A stretch of 64,000 nt of DNA from Naegleria gruberi. Its lineage: Eukaryota. The notes under the pieces are model-generated. The model worked only from the letters and a program-made list of their open reading frames with translations. It was not told where the DNA came from and ran no database searches. The stretch lies in NCBI GenBank assembly GCA_000004985.1, contig GG738911.1; one strand, 5' to 3'. A program made the translations under genes and the position numbers. Shown here piece by piece: positions 1 through 11,722 of the stretch. The stretch's first letter is position 1, and every line of letters starts with the position of its first letter.

Positions 1-10
1 AAGCTATCAA

Positions 11-1072
11 TTGGATCCAGAAGATTTATTCGGACAAGCCATGCTCATGGCATCTGTCGATTTAAAGATGAGCCATTTTCAGAGTTTTTCAAAGAGTGAA
101 TTCTTGATGAAATTTCTAAAGGAAAAGGGTGAGAAATACACCAGAACTATGGGTGTTGATATCTCAAAAGGTTACAATGTTGATTTGAGATTTAAACCTC
201 AAGATTTGAGAGTGCCCACCATAACGGACGATTACATTTATTTTGGACTGGGATTATGTGAAGAGACTCCTGATTGGGAGTTAGTTACCAAAGATTCCAA
301 GTTGAATTATTCAGTTTATACCTCCAAGACTTCATATCTATTCGATAACAGCTCGAAAGGTATGAAACTTTCCAAGATTGTCATCGATTTGGAGTATCCA
401 ATTGAGGATTTGTGGGCTATTTTCTGTCATACTGAAAACCAAATGGAATTCGACTCAATGTGTTATAAGGAACACGAATGTCATGGATACGTTCCTCCAA
501 ATAGTGATCCTAAGAATCCATGTCCCTATGGTTTACAAAAGATTTCTTGTAATTTTGATATAAAATTACCAATGGCCAAGAAGAGACACATGAAAATGGT
601 TGGAACAACCATTCATGATAGTGGAACAGATATGATCATGATTGTTAAGCATGCATGTGATTATGAATCGAGTCAATCTTCAGCAGATGAATTTTCCAAA
701 AACTCATTACCAGTCGACACCTTACTAAGCTACTACATTATGTTCAGATGTGGCGAGTTCAAGAATAGCACTCGTCTCTATCACATCATGTATACTGACC
801 TCCAACTTCCTCTCCAAGAATTCACATCAGGAAAATTAATGACAAAGAGAGCCAAGATGCTCTCTCAAGGAATGAATAAGATTCTGGAAAATCTGACCTA
901 CAGGGGAAAGATATCTGTCGATACATCATGCATTATCGATCAGTTTGGATATTCGTCAGCTGCCAGAGATAACATGTCCGTTCATCAGGGTCGTTCCTGG
1001 TACAATGAATGGTTTGAGAAGAAAAAGGGAGTTTTACCTGAAAGTCCAGAATCATCAACAAATACTTTTTAA
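11..1072 (+). CDS. hypothetical protein (353 codons; may be 5-prime truncated by window edge)
   Basis: Long ORF with host-like codon usage, followed by AT-rich spacer and next gene; no motif I can name with confidence. Confidence 0.4.
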   Translation: MDPEDLFGQAMLMASVDLKMSHFQSFSKSEFLMKFLKEKGEKYTRTMGVDISKGYNVDLRFKPQDLRVPTITDDYIYFGLGLCEETPDWELVTKDSKLNYSVYTSKTSYLFDNSSKGMKLSKIVIDLEYPIEDLWAIFCHTENQMEFDSMCYKEHECHGYVPPNSDPKNPCPYGLQKISCNFDIKLPMAKKRHMKMVGTTIHDSGTDMIMIVKHACDYESSQSSADEFSKNSLPVDTLLSYYIMFRCGEFKNSTRLYHIMYTDLQLPLQEFTSGKLMTKRAKMLSQGMNKILENLTYRGKISVDTSCIIDQFGYSSAARDNMSVHQGRSWYNEWFEKKKGVLPESPESSTNTF

Positions 1073-1110
1073 AAACCAAACTCTTAATTTCTCAAATTTC
1101 AACTTTCCTT

Positions 1111-1165
1111 AATATTAAATATTATTATTAAATATTATTATTAAATATTAAATATTAAATATTAT
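1111..1165. repeat. AT-only simple repeat (AATATT / AATATTATT)n in intergenic spacer
   Basis: Directly visible tandem aatatt/aatattatt units upstream of ATG at 1174. Confidence 0.6.
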
Positions 1166-1173
1166 AAAAAAAA

Positions 1174-2226
1174 ATGATGTACTTTGGAAAGAGAAAATTA
1201 CACTCCTATCTAACAACGAAGACAATAACAGGCACACGATCCGAGGCTTTTCAGATTGAAACTCTCAATCAATTGTCCAATCATTCGCAAGGCTTTCATT
1301 TCCTTGATCGATTTCCTACAGAGAGGAGATGTATCTATCCTCATCAATTTAATGATCAATCCTCGGAATGGCATTGTATGGAGAGTGTTGATGCATTGGA
1401 GAAGATAAACTCTAAATTAATTCCCAAATATTTAAATATTGTAACGTTTAATGTTTGGTTTGCTCCCTTGATGATGAAGGAAAGAATGGAGGGAATAATG
1501 CAAATGCTAATGGCGAGAGAGGAATTACCTGATGTGATGTGCTTTCAGGAGGTAACTGATGAGGCATTGGAATTCATTGCTTCTCATGAATTGATAAGAA
1601 AGGAGTATTATTTGTCTGATTCTCCCAATGATTATTATACAACTGTGGATCCGTATGGAGTGTTGATGGCTGTGAGGAAGGGATTGCCTGTGAGGAGAAT
1701 GTTTTATAATACATTGCCTTCTAGAATGTATAGAGCTTGTTTGTCGGTTGAGTTGAATGATGGAAAGGAGAGTTTTTGTATATCAACAGTTCATTTGGAA
1801 AGTTTGGCCTCTACTGATATGAGATTCAAACAATTGGATGTTATTAGTGAATTTCAACAAGCATTTGATAATGCTGTACTGTGTGGTGATTTTAATTTTG
1901 ATTCTGAGAGGAATTATGATGAAGATTATCTTCCCTACCTTGAAAATGATTATTTGAATAATGAAAATTGGAAGAGCTACACTGATATCTGGAAGGAGTT
2001 GAAATATCCATCTAATGAGCTTGGAAAAACCTTCGATACCTCAGTTAATACAATGCTTAAAGGTCAAAAAGAAGAGTTGATGAGATATGACAGAGTTATG
2101 CTCAAATCCAAATCTTGGAAACCAACATTTGTTGAACTATTGGGGACTAGTCCAATTCAGACGAATCCAGATATTTTCCTATCAGACCACTTTGGAATTT
2201 GTACAAGAATCGAAAAAAGTGATTAG
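1174..2226 (+). CDS. endonuclease/exonuclease/phosphatase (EEP)-fold protein, tyrosyl-DNA phosphodiesterase 2 (TDP2)-like
   Basis: 350-aa ORF; EEP-family motifs (NIVTFNVW..., CFQEV, ...GDFNF..., SDHFG near C-terminus); AATAAA shortly after stop. Confidence 0.65.
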   Translation: MMYFGKRKLHSYLTTKTITGTRSEAFQIETLNQLSNHSQGFHFLDRFPTERRCIYPHQFNDQSSEWHCMESVDALEKINSKLIPKYLNIVTFNVWFAPLMMKERMEGIMQMLMAREELPDVMCFQEVTDEALEFIASHELIRKEYYLSDSPNDYYTTVDPYGVLMAVRKGLPVRRMFYNTLPSRMYRACLSVELNDGKESFCISTVHLESLASTDMRFKQLDVISEFQQAFDNAVLCGDFNFDSERNYDEDYLPYLENDYLNNENWKSYTDIWKELKYPSNELGKTFDTSVNTMLKGQKEELMRYDRVMLKSKSWKPTFVELLGTSPIQTNPDIFLSDHFGICTRIEKSD

Positions 2227-2456
2227 GAAATAAAAGTGAAATAAAACTGTGCCTTAGATTTGTTCGATTTTCATTTCATTGAGTTGCTAGTGAGATAAAA
2301 GATTTAGTGAGATCAGGATTTTATGAATGAATACCCACCCAAATATGTTGGCAACAAAATTACACTTTCAAACAACTGAAGGAATTACTTTCATCACTCG
2401 TATTTATTTACAATCAAAATGTACCTAGTTGTTATTGATGAAGAAATAGGTCAAAA

Positions 2457-4377
2457 TTACTTCTTCGTTATCCATTTCTTGTAGCCATCCAAAAACCAAT
2501 CGCTCTGCATGACATCCTCCAATGTCCATCTATTGGCCGAGTTGACTTCCAATAAATGTTCAATTACATATTTGGTCTTTTCCGAAATTCCTTCCTCTTC
2601 CTCAAGTGGAATGTAATAGTTCATTTCAAATTTTTCCTTAGCTGTCTTGAAAGGCAAAAAACCAGTGAGCAGCTTGTAAAGTACAACACCCAAAGCGTAT
2701 ATATCAATTTCCTCTGCATAACACTTTTTGAGCAATAATTCTGGACAGCAATAAGCACCATTACCAACAAATAATCTGTGATATTTCTTGCCCTTCTCGA
2801 ATTTATCTGACAAACCAAAATCAACAATTTTGACATTTCTATCAGCATCCAAACACACATTGGATAATGTTAAATCTCTGTGCAAAATTGACAAAACATT
2901 ATGCATGTGATCAATGGCCATTACCATTTGTACGAAATATCTCTGTACATCGTCTTCATTGTGTTGCTCGTGCTCTTCGAGTGGATTCTCCAGAGCTCCA
3001 TTCTCACAAAACTCAGTCACAATATAAACAAATGTCTTTGTGTGGATTCTCCTTAATTATTTTCATAATTTCCACTTCTCTTTGGGCAAATTCTATTGCT
3101 CCAATTTTATCCATCATTTCAAGATCCAACTCTTTCACAGCAACATTCTTTCCAGTCACTTTATCCAATCCCTTGTAAACTGTACCATAGGTCCCTTTAC
3201 TCAAAATTCTATAAAGTTCAAATTGTTCATTAATGATCATGTAAATATCGGCAGGTTTTAAATTCTTTTCATCCACAATATGATTGCTTGACTTAGGTGT
3301 TGGTGGACTACTATATCTCAAGCAGTATTCAATGACATTCTTCACCACAATAGGTTCTTGCTGAGCAGCATCAAATTGAGCAGTACTTTCACTTGGGGAA
3401 GGGAGCACACTACTCATTGAATATGACGTGATATTTCCAAAACTGGATGAGCAAGTTGTTGTACTATTGGGAGAAGATGGTTGGAAATATGTTGATTTTG
3501 GTGGTGAAAGAGATCGACTAAAAGTGTGTGATTCAGCCAAATGACTACTATCCATAATATTTGTCGTTTCAACAATGTGATCCTCAAATTGTGTTCTACA
3601 AGTAAATTCCTCAAATGTTCTAAAGTTAAATTGTTGTTGCAGATATTCCATCGTGTTTTGAAATTTAGACCACAACTCTGAATTGTAATATGTAAAATTA
3701 TCATAACAAACAAAACAATCCATCTGATATTGTTGCTGTTGTCTCAGTGATGATGAAGATGAAGTGGCTGGAAAGTAGAGTTTTCCATTCTTATCCTTTC
3801 GATGTTTTTGTGCTGTTTGTAAAATTGTTCTCATATGAGATCCAATACTTTCCTGCAATACTTGCTGTACTGTATTAACATCTTGAAGACTTCGTAGAGT
3901 AACTCCTGATAAATCTACCAACAGAAGCATTCTCTCCTTTATGAATTTAACTCTCTCCTGCAAAAGTGATTCCGTAACAAAGTATGATGATTTGGAAGCT
4001 GCAGTTCCTCCTCCTCCACCACCACCACCATCATCTGCTCCACCACCTGTTCCTTCTATTATATAAAGATGATGATCATTACCATTTACCAATCCAAAAG
4101 TACTGTTTGGTTTTTTAGAAGCCTTTGATTTTGCTGATGGTGAAGCAAGTGACGAAATGGATGGAAAACTAAACGACCTCAACAAGGGAGAGGATTCAGA
4201 TGATGATGAATCATACGACCTCGATACAGCAGCTGCTACTTTTGAAGCCGAACTAGGATATAAACAAGTAAAATCGATGGAAGTAAGTTTGGGTGTTGGT
4301 CGAAAAATTGAATTTTCCTTCGTTGGTGTTTTTGTTTCTTCGGAACGACCTAATGATGATGATGATGAATTTATCAT
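2457..4377 (-). CDS. Ser/Thr protein kinase with Ser-rich N-terminal region; reading frame broken by 1-nt shift at about 3013-3020
   Basis: ORF 3013..4377 carries Gly-loop (LSKGTYGTVYKG), VAVK; ORF 2457..3020 continues with subdomain V-XI (FVYIVTEFCENG, HRDLTLSNV, DFG, CCPE). The two ORFs overlap by 8 nt in different frames with no GT..AG possible, so a frameshift at a T-run (gacatttgtttat). Confidence 0.7.
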
Positions 4378-4834
4378 ATTCTCCTCTTCTTTCTCTCTCT
4401 ATTTTACTAATAAATCTATCACTATTACTAAATTCTAAAAGTTTTTTGTATTTTAATGTGATGAAAATTAATGAGGAAAATTTCTTTTGATTCCGTAATC
4501 CAAATGATTGAGAAAATCCTCAGATCTTTGTAGATCTTTTTTAAAGAAAATACACAATGAAAAGATATTAGTAATATTCGGATTGGGTTGTTCTTGGCTT
4601 GGCTTGCGATGATGTTCTATGAATTTTTTTCTTCTGTGTGATGAAAAATGATGAGAATAAATCTTTTGAGGTGGGTACCTCCAAACAAATACACCACCAA
4701 TTTTGGTACTGTAACTGTATTGAACAATGAAAATCTCGCTTTTTTGATTTGTTGTAAATTGCATTTCATTTGGATCATCCATGCATAAAAAGATTTTTGG
4801 AATTTGGGATGGAATGGCAAATAGTTTTATAAAT

Positions 4835-6105
4835 TTAGATATCATATTTCTTGATTTGGGTATTGTTGATTTGTTCCAAAGCCAAGATGAGAGCTTGAGT
4901 ACCATTCTTAGCTCCACCATTGTTTCTGTAATATAATAATAATAATAATATTAGAAATATTAGAATATTAGTTTAAATGAATGAGAAATTAAACTTACCT
5001 CAATGAATCGTATAACATTTTGGCCAAATTCAAACCTGGAAGAACGAGTTGCATCTTGTTGGCTTCACTCAAAACAATTTCCATATCTATAATTATTATT
5101 ATAATTACAAAATAATTAGCAAGATAATTCATAAATAAACTAACCCTTAATGAAATGTTCAACATAAAAACCTGGTTCAAAATCTCTCTTCAAAATTCTT
5201 GGACCATATGATTGAAGGGAGAATGAGTTTGCAGCTCCTCCTGAAACAGCCTTAAGAGTTTGATGAACATCCAAACCAGCCTTATGTGCGTACAATAAAC
5301 CTTCACAAACACCAATCATTGAGGTGGCAATAATAACTTGATTGGCCATCTTGGCATGTTGTCCCTTACCACTTTCTCCCATAAAATTGATAGTCTTTCC
5401 GATAGATTCAAAGATTGGAGTAACAGCTCCCAAAACTGGTTCATCACCTCCAACAAAGATGGTAAGAGTGGCATTTCTAGCACCAATATCACCTCCACTG
5501 TGTTAAAAATTAGTCAACTAGTCCAATAACAAATGATCACTCACCTGCAAGGAGCATCCAAACTGTAAACACCCTTTTCCTTAGCCTTGTTATAAATTTC
5601 AACAGCAAGAGAAGGTTGAGAAGTAGTCATATCAACAATAACTCCACCTTCCTTCATTCCAGACAATACACCATTTTCTTCATCCAAAATTACACTTCTC
5701 ACATCCGATGGATAACCAACAATACTGATAACAACATCACTATTGGCTCCAACTTCCTTTGGTGAAGCAGCAAGCTTGGCTCCGAGTTCAATCAATGGAT
5801 CAGCCTTTGATTTAGTACGAGTATAAACAGTCATATTCTTGTATCCTTTGTTAATTAAATTAGTGGCAATGGACTTTCCCATAACACCAACTCCAAGGAA
5901 GCCGACTAATCAATATGTATCATCATCAATTCCGATCAATATTAATTTCAAATATTTAAATGAAATGATCCGATAATTAGATATTCACGAATATTACAAA
6001 ATGAATTAATAACACAATAATATTAATCACATTTAAATGTGATGATCAACAAAACTTACCTCTGGTAGAACCTGGTAAGAATTGTTTCAAGATTTGTGCG
6101 CTCAT
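4835..6105 (-). CDS. 3-hydroxyisobutyrate dehydrogenase / glyoxylate (succinic semialdehyde) reductase-like NAD-binding dehydrogenase, 5 exons
   Basis: complement(join(4835..4925,4999..5086,5145..5497,5545..5905,6060..6105)). Exon 1 is [15 protein letters not shown]; exon 2 has Rossmann [11 protein letters not shown]...DAP; exon 3 [12 protein letters not shown]...FYVEHFIK; C-terminal G.G..D.SA.I..L motif. Total 939 nt is in frame. Introns 154, 47, 58 and 73 nt with GTAAGT/GTGAGT/GTTAGT donors. Confidence 0.8.
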
Positions 6106-6862
6106 TTTTTTTGTGGATTCTTTTTGATATCAACTTGTTGTAAACTCTTAAAGAGAGTGTGTAATCTCATATTCTCATGAGCTGTGATATATCTCAAGAT
6201 TGCACATACCATTGTCCGTAATGGATTTTCAAAAGTATCATAAAACATCCTTTCCTTGGACTCCGTGGTAGACCAATGTTTGGAAATGTTTGGGTTTTAT
6301 TCGTTCGTCTATTGTGAATGAAATAATCAAAACTTGGAAAGACTGTAAAATTGCCAAAATAGAGTTGGCTTATTCACCACGTATTCTTTTCACGGTTGGC
6401 ATAAATGCCATCACACAACTCGAATAAACTCAGTATTTTATGTTTTAATTGTTGAAAATAATCATAGGAAAACTACTTTCAAGTTTGAAACCATTGTTAT
6501 GCTCGCAACGAAATTTCCATTCAGAGGGTGAAGTCAGATTCTGAAATTGTCAAGTATTTAATGAGAAATGCAATAATTTATAAGTTTCTACTGGATGCTG
6601 GTAAGATATGACACATAATCTTTTCCAACCCAAAACCAAAAATGCCAAACTTCATACCGGCCCACAACAAAGCTAAAATCCAAATCCCACAACCCAGCGT
6701 AAATAGTGCCTGAGCACGTGGTGCAGTAGTGTTTTGGGCAATCGTGTCCAAATTTTTGTAAAGTATCGATTTTCCATTGCTTGGAAGAAGAATTTGGCGC
6801 CACAATTTCATATCTGAAAAAAAAGAAGCAAAATGCCACACCGCATTATTTTGTTAGATTTT

Positions 6863-8055
6863 ATGGTGCGTACTTTTAAATCAAAGTGATTGATCATCAA
6901 ATCGTTAATAAATTATTCTAGGAAACATGTAAAATCTCTCCCCAGGCTTCCTCGTCATCAGTTGATAACAATGATGAAAATTTTGAAAGTAGGCTCAAGA
7001 AGAGGAAGATCAATCCCGAAGAGGCCAAACAAGAAGAAACAAAGTTAACAAGTGAAGAGGTTGATAACTTGTTTGCCAAGTTGGGAAAGAAATTAAAATC
7101 GAAAATACCTGTTGCCTTTTCTTTGGATTTTGAATATGTGCAAACAAAGGGAGACAAGTTTAATACTCCTGAGAAGATGAATGCTCCTCTTGATGTGAAG
7201 ATTTCATATAGAAATGAGATTATTTTAGTATCGGATAGTGTGAATGGAAGAATAATGGTATTTGATTTGAATAGTGGTCTGTACAAATCTGATTTTTTCA
7301 CAGAGTTGGCTCCTTGGCAATTCGTATTGGAAGAAAATTATGATGGGGAAAAGAATGAAGCACTCATTTGCTCAACAGGTAACAATTATCTCAAATATGA
7401 TTTGTTACAATTGCTCAAGTCTGATAGATCACGTAGAGCTACACCCATTTGGAAGACCAAATTTGAAAGATTTAGCTGCTTTCAATGCTGTGCTATCAAG
7501 TATGAAACGAGTGGAAATACCTTGTATTGTTGCAATAGTGCAACTGATACCATTGTTGTCTACTCTTGTGCTAATGGGTCTGTAGTGAAGAAGATTACTC
7601 AAGCTGTTTCGTTTGAGATCCCAAATGACCCTATCAATTATTCATTCGCTAGACCTGTTGGTATAGATTATAATTTCAATTCTGGAGCTCATGAATTTGT
7701 CTTGGCAATGATGGGAGAGAGTGTTTTCTATATCAGAGAAAGTCCTGATGGTACTTGGGTGGTGAGAAATGAATTGGAAACTACTGTAGTTCAAGATGGA
7801 AGCGAGAAAACAATTTTAGATATGCCATGTGCTGCATTAATAGATAGAAATAACCATAATGTCATAATTTGCTCGTATGGAACAAGTTCAATGGCTGTTT
7901 TCAATAAGGAGGGAACATTTATTAAATCATTTGGTGCAAGAGGAAGGAATGAAAATAATAGATTTATGGATCAGACAAGTTGCTGTCTTAATGAAATCAC
8001 TGGTGAGCTACTCATTGTAGACTCACACAATAATCGTGTACAAATTTACAAATGA
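6863..8055 (+). CDS. NHL-repeat beta-propeller protein (robust ORF 7069..8055; hypothesised ATG-only exon 1 at 6863..6865 spliced to 6922)
   Basis: ORF ends in NHL-type blades (GRIMVFDL, LLIVDSHNNRVQIY). The in-frame ORF extends upstream to 6922 without an ATG. ATG|GTGCGT at 6863 plus TCTAG acceptor at 6921 (56-nt intron) would provide the start. Alternative start is ATG 7177. Confidence 0.55.
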
Positions 8056-8088
8056 ATTTATTTTATTTTGAGTTATGATTTGAACTCT

Positions 8089-8779
8089 TTAAAGTGTCAA
8101 TAACATGGCAGACAATAATGCAACAATAACCAATACGGAAGCTTTCAAGATACCTGCATTATTGAAACAGTTGGCATCTCTGACCTTGATTTGCAATTGA
8201 TTGGAAGGATCATTCAAACCACTTTCACAAAAATCCTTTCCACTTGCATAAGAGGTAATGACAGGTTTTCCATTTGTAACTGGAACGAGAGCACATTTAC
8301 TGTACAATCTGTCACAGAATGATGAACACAAGTACAAGATAGATTTCTGACCCAGAATTTGAATCTTTTCCTCAATGAAATTGGTTTGTCCAGGAGAACA
8401 CAAATAACAAACTTAGGAAGTGATGTTAATAATTGGAAATTGAAAGTTTTCCCTACTTACTATATTGATGCAACTCATCTAAGCATCCACCAGCAAAAGC
8501 TTCAACAAGGAATTGAGGAATGGTAACATTTGATGAGCCACTGTTTCTTCCACTTTGACTTTCCCAACCTTGTTTAATTTTCTTTGAGCTGTCAACTGTG
8601 CAGCAACTGTTTGGGTTATACCATTGACAGGTGGCTAATTCTCTTGGAAGTGATGGAATATAACCTCTACAAGCAGATATTAATTGGTTGATGGATTCGT
8701 CCTTGGTTTGTTCTGATTGAATGAATTGAGCAGAGAACAGTAAGAGCAAGACAAAGATAATGAGAGATGAGTGAGACAT
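8089..8779 (-). CDS. secreted Cys-rich protein with C-terminal hydrophobic tail (GPI-anchor-like), 2 exons
   Basis: complement(join(8089..8411,8461..8779)). N-terminal signal peptide MSHSSLIIFVLLLLFSAQF; multiple Cys (CQWYNPNSCC...); C-terminus ASVLVIVALLSAMLLTL; 49-nt intron A|GTAAGT...CCTAAG keeps frame. Confidence 0.55.
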
Positions 8780-9274
8780 TTTTTAAATGATTGAAAATTG
8801 ATAATTAATTGGCGTTTGACATTTATTGTTCATAATGTTCAATGGTTGAACACGGAGGCCGTATAAAACTCAGTAACAGAAAATTACAGGAAGAATCACT
8901 GCCTATACGGTTCAGCACGATTCTCATAATCTATGAATATTTTAACCAATTGACACAAATTAGGCAAGGTATTTCATAGTGTTTTGGTATCCTATTTTAC
9001 ATGTTAGGAATATTTCAAATTATCCATGATTTTCGTCATTATTCTATTTGGAAGGCAGTTTTCTATTGAAAGTAAATGCTCCTCAGTGATTGCACCATTT
9101 GCTCTACAGTTTTTATCATATTATTTGGTATGTTGTCAACAACAAGTTATTAGAAATCGAAGCAATTGCATCAAGAATTCGATAAATTTATCTCTCAATA
9201 AAATTGTTATTATTATTTTCGTGATGATCAACAATATTACACCACAAATTTCAACAATATTTGGGAAGAATATT

Positions 9275-9649
9275 TTACCACTCCTTTTCTGCTTTCAAAT
9301 CATTACACTTTTCACACAAATCATCATACCAACATGGTGGCAGAGAATGCATATGATCGGGATAGGCCTTAATTAAATATCGATCTCTACTCAATCCTCC
9401 AGGTTCTTGGTACATTTCCTTGCAAATCTGTTGAAATTTCTCACATGAAATATTTGGGAATCGGAGATGATATTTGCCCTCACACAAAGTATTCTCCTCA
9501 AAATCAATTCCATGCTTGAGGTTGAACTTTTTTTCCAGAACAGAGTAGAATAGCTCGTCGGAATAATCATCCTGATCGTAATCGATCGTTACTAGAATGT
9601 GGTAGAGTTTCTGTGGTTTTGCTTGTTTCATTTTTTTTTGAAAATTCAA
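9275..9649 (-). CDS. hypothetical small Cys-containing protein (124 aa)
   Basis: ORF with Kozak-like A-rich leader, CxxC-type pairs near C-terminus (CWYDDLCEKC); no family assignment. Confidence 0.4.
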   Translation of the reverse strand: MNFQKKMKQAKPQKLYHILVTIDYDQDDYSDELFYSVLEKKFNLKHGIDFEENTLCEGKYHLRFPNISCEKFQQICKEMYQEPGGLSRDRYLIKAYPDHMHSLPPCWYDDLCEKCNDLKAEKEW

Positions 9650-9852
9650 AATTTAAATTAAAATTTAATTACATATTGTAAAGGTCAAAATTGCACCACC
9701 AACATGTTTTCAGACGAAAGTCCAATAATCTCATCCAACATAAAGTTCCAAAAAAAAGTCCAAATATTATTTAATAATTTAGTCTCAATTTCATTTATTA
9801 AAAAAGAAAAAATCAAAAGAGGAAATTAAATAATCAGTGTGTGAGATGATAA

Positions 9853-11075
9853 TTATTGAAAAGTTGGATAATCGATATAACCAGTAACAACATCATTGGA
9901 GCCATAGAAAGTACTTCTATCATAATGATTGAGTGGATGACCATTTCTAATTCTTTCAACCAAATCAGGATTAGAAATAAAGTGTCTTCCAAAAGCAATC
10001 ATATCTGTGGCACCCTCTTCAGTGGTACTCTTTGCTGTGGCTGGAGTAAAACCACCAGCTGAAATAATTGGAGATCTTGTCAATGGTTTCAATTCCTTGG
10101 TTACAACCACAGGTTTGGATTCAGCTTGGCCATCATCTGAGTTTGCTCCACCTGATATTCTTGGTTCTACAAGGTGAATATATGCCAAATCATATTCATC
10201 CAATGCCTTGACAGCTGCTTCAAAGAGTGGTTTTGGATCTGAATCACTAATTTCCAAGAAACATCCACTTGGACTCAAACGAATTCCAACTCTATCTGAT
10301 TCATTATCAAATCCTTCAATACATGCTGAAATAGCTTCACGCATAAATCTCAATCTATTTTCAATGGAGCCACCGTATTCATCAGTTCTCTTATTAACTC
10401 CATTTTGTAAAAATTGGTCAACTAGATAACCATTAGCAGCATGCAATTCTACTCCATCAAATCCAGCCAATTTAGCATTGCTAGCAGCTTGCTTATATTG
10501 TCCCATAATGACCTTAATTTCCTCAATGGACAATGCCTTTGGAGTGGTTGGCAATTGTTGTTCCCTGGTTTGCAAATTTGTAGATGTATCATTTTGAATT
10601 GGAACTGCAGAAGAGGAGACATTGTCAGCATAACGTTGTCTACCAACATGCCACAATTGCAAAAAGATGACACCTCCCTTTTGATGGACAGCATCTGTCA
10701 CCTTTTTCCAAGCTTTAACCTGAGCTTGAGAATAACAACCTGGAGAACATGGATATCCTTGTCCTTGTGGAGTAATTTGTGAAGCTTCAGCAATGATTAA
10801 ACCACCTGGTGTGGCACGTTGAGAGTAGTAAGTAATTGCGTGTTCTGTTTGTTCACAATCTCCCTAATATTTGTGTTTAACAGTTCAATATATGAAAATT
10901 GTTGATTAATCAAAATAGGAATAGTACTACTTACATCCACTGCTCTGCAACGAGTGAGTGGAGCCATCACAATACGATGGGACAAAGTAATTCTCTGAGT
11001 GGCTGGAATTTTGTCAGTTCCCAATGTGAGTGGTGTGAAAAGTTTTCTTGTTGTTGATTCAAAAGTGGCAGACAT
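9853..11075 (-). CDS. NADH:flavin oxidoreductase / Old Yellow Enzyme (OYE/OPR family), 2 exons
   Basis: complement(join(9853..10863,10935..11075)). Exon 1 has ...RIVMAPLTRCRAVD; 71-nt intron GTAAGT..TAG; exon 2 has ...YYSQRATPGGLIIAEA..., HAANGYL, RLSP; exon lengths 141 and 1011 nt are in frame. Confidence 0.85.
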
Positions 11076-11212
11076 TTTGATTTTTTCAAGTCAGAAAAGT
11101 ATTGGAACATGAATTGAAGCGAATTTAAACACAATTGAGGTAGGAATAATTTGGATAAGGTTTGGATATTGAGTAGTGATTTTCTTGGATGTCTTTGTAG
11201 AAAGTACGTACG

Positions 11213-11302
11213 NNNNNNNNNNNNNNNNNNNNNNNNNNNNNNNNNNNNNNNNNNNNNNNNNNNNNNNNNNNNNNNNNNNNNNNNNNNNNNNNNNNNNNNN
11301 NN
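11213..11302. other. assembly gap (90 N) in the 5-prime flank of the OYE gene
   Basis: Run of n characters in the sequence. Confidence 0.99.
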
Positions 11303-11722
11303 GTTATATTCTTGGATGTTAATAATGCCCATTTTCCAATTTTAATTCTAATAACAACGAAAACCCCAAGAAAACAAACAAAAACTTTAAATTCTAAACG
11401 AAAGTCTTCTTTCAACTTTTTCAAGGTTAACAACAATAACTACAACTACATGAGCTTGATAACTACAGTTTGTAATCTTTACAGAGGCGGACAAATACAA
11501 CCAAGTAACACATTGCTCATAAAGGTGTTTCATTTGAAGAATATTGTCAAAATAATAGAAGCAAATATGCTACTTGATGTGACAGAACTTTCAATATTGT
11601 GAGGGAGAGGACAGAATAGCATATCTCTATAATTTCTGTCTTGCTTTAATTGAAAGAAATGCCAAATTATTTCAATAAAATCTAATTATATTAAAATTGA
11701 AAAAGTTAAAATTAAAGATTAT

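Noticed and set aside
3414-3713. ORFs 3414-3713 (-), 3040-3261 (+), 4157-4438 (+)
   Set aside because: Overlap the kinase gene in other frames or strands. Composition-driven, no motifs.
4468-4920. 150-aa ORF on minus strand
   Set aside because: It is the +1 frame of the last dehydrogenase exon running on into the 3-prime UTR. The phase-correct frame gives the conserved G.G..D.SA.I..L C-terminus and a stop at 4835.
6578-6841. Two overlapping minus-strand ORFs in the HIBADH/NHL divergent spacer
   Set aside because: Overlapping alternative frames in a promoter spacer. No homology or signal.
6107-6860. Scanned intergenic regions (6107-6860, 8780-9270, 18610-19400, 52100-53090, 54840-56250) for tRNA/snRNA hallmarks
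   Set aside because: No GTTCGA(A/T)TCC-type T-loop or U6/SRP-like motifs seen by eye. No RNA gene claimed.
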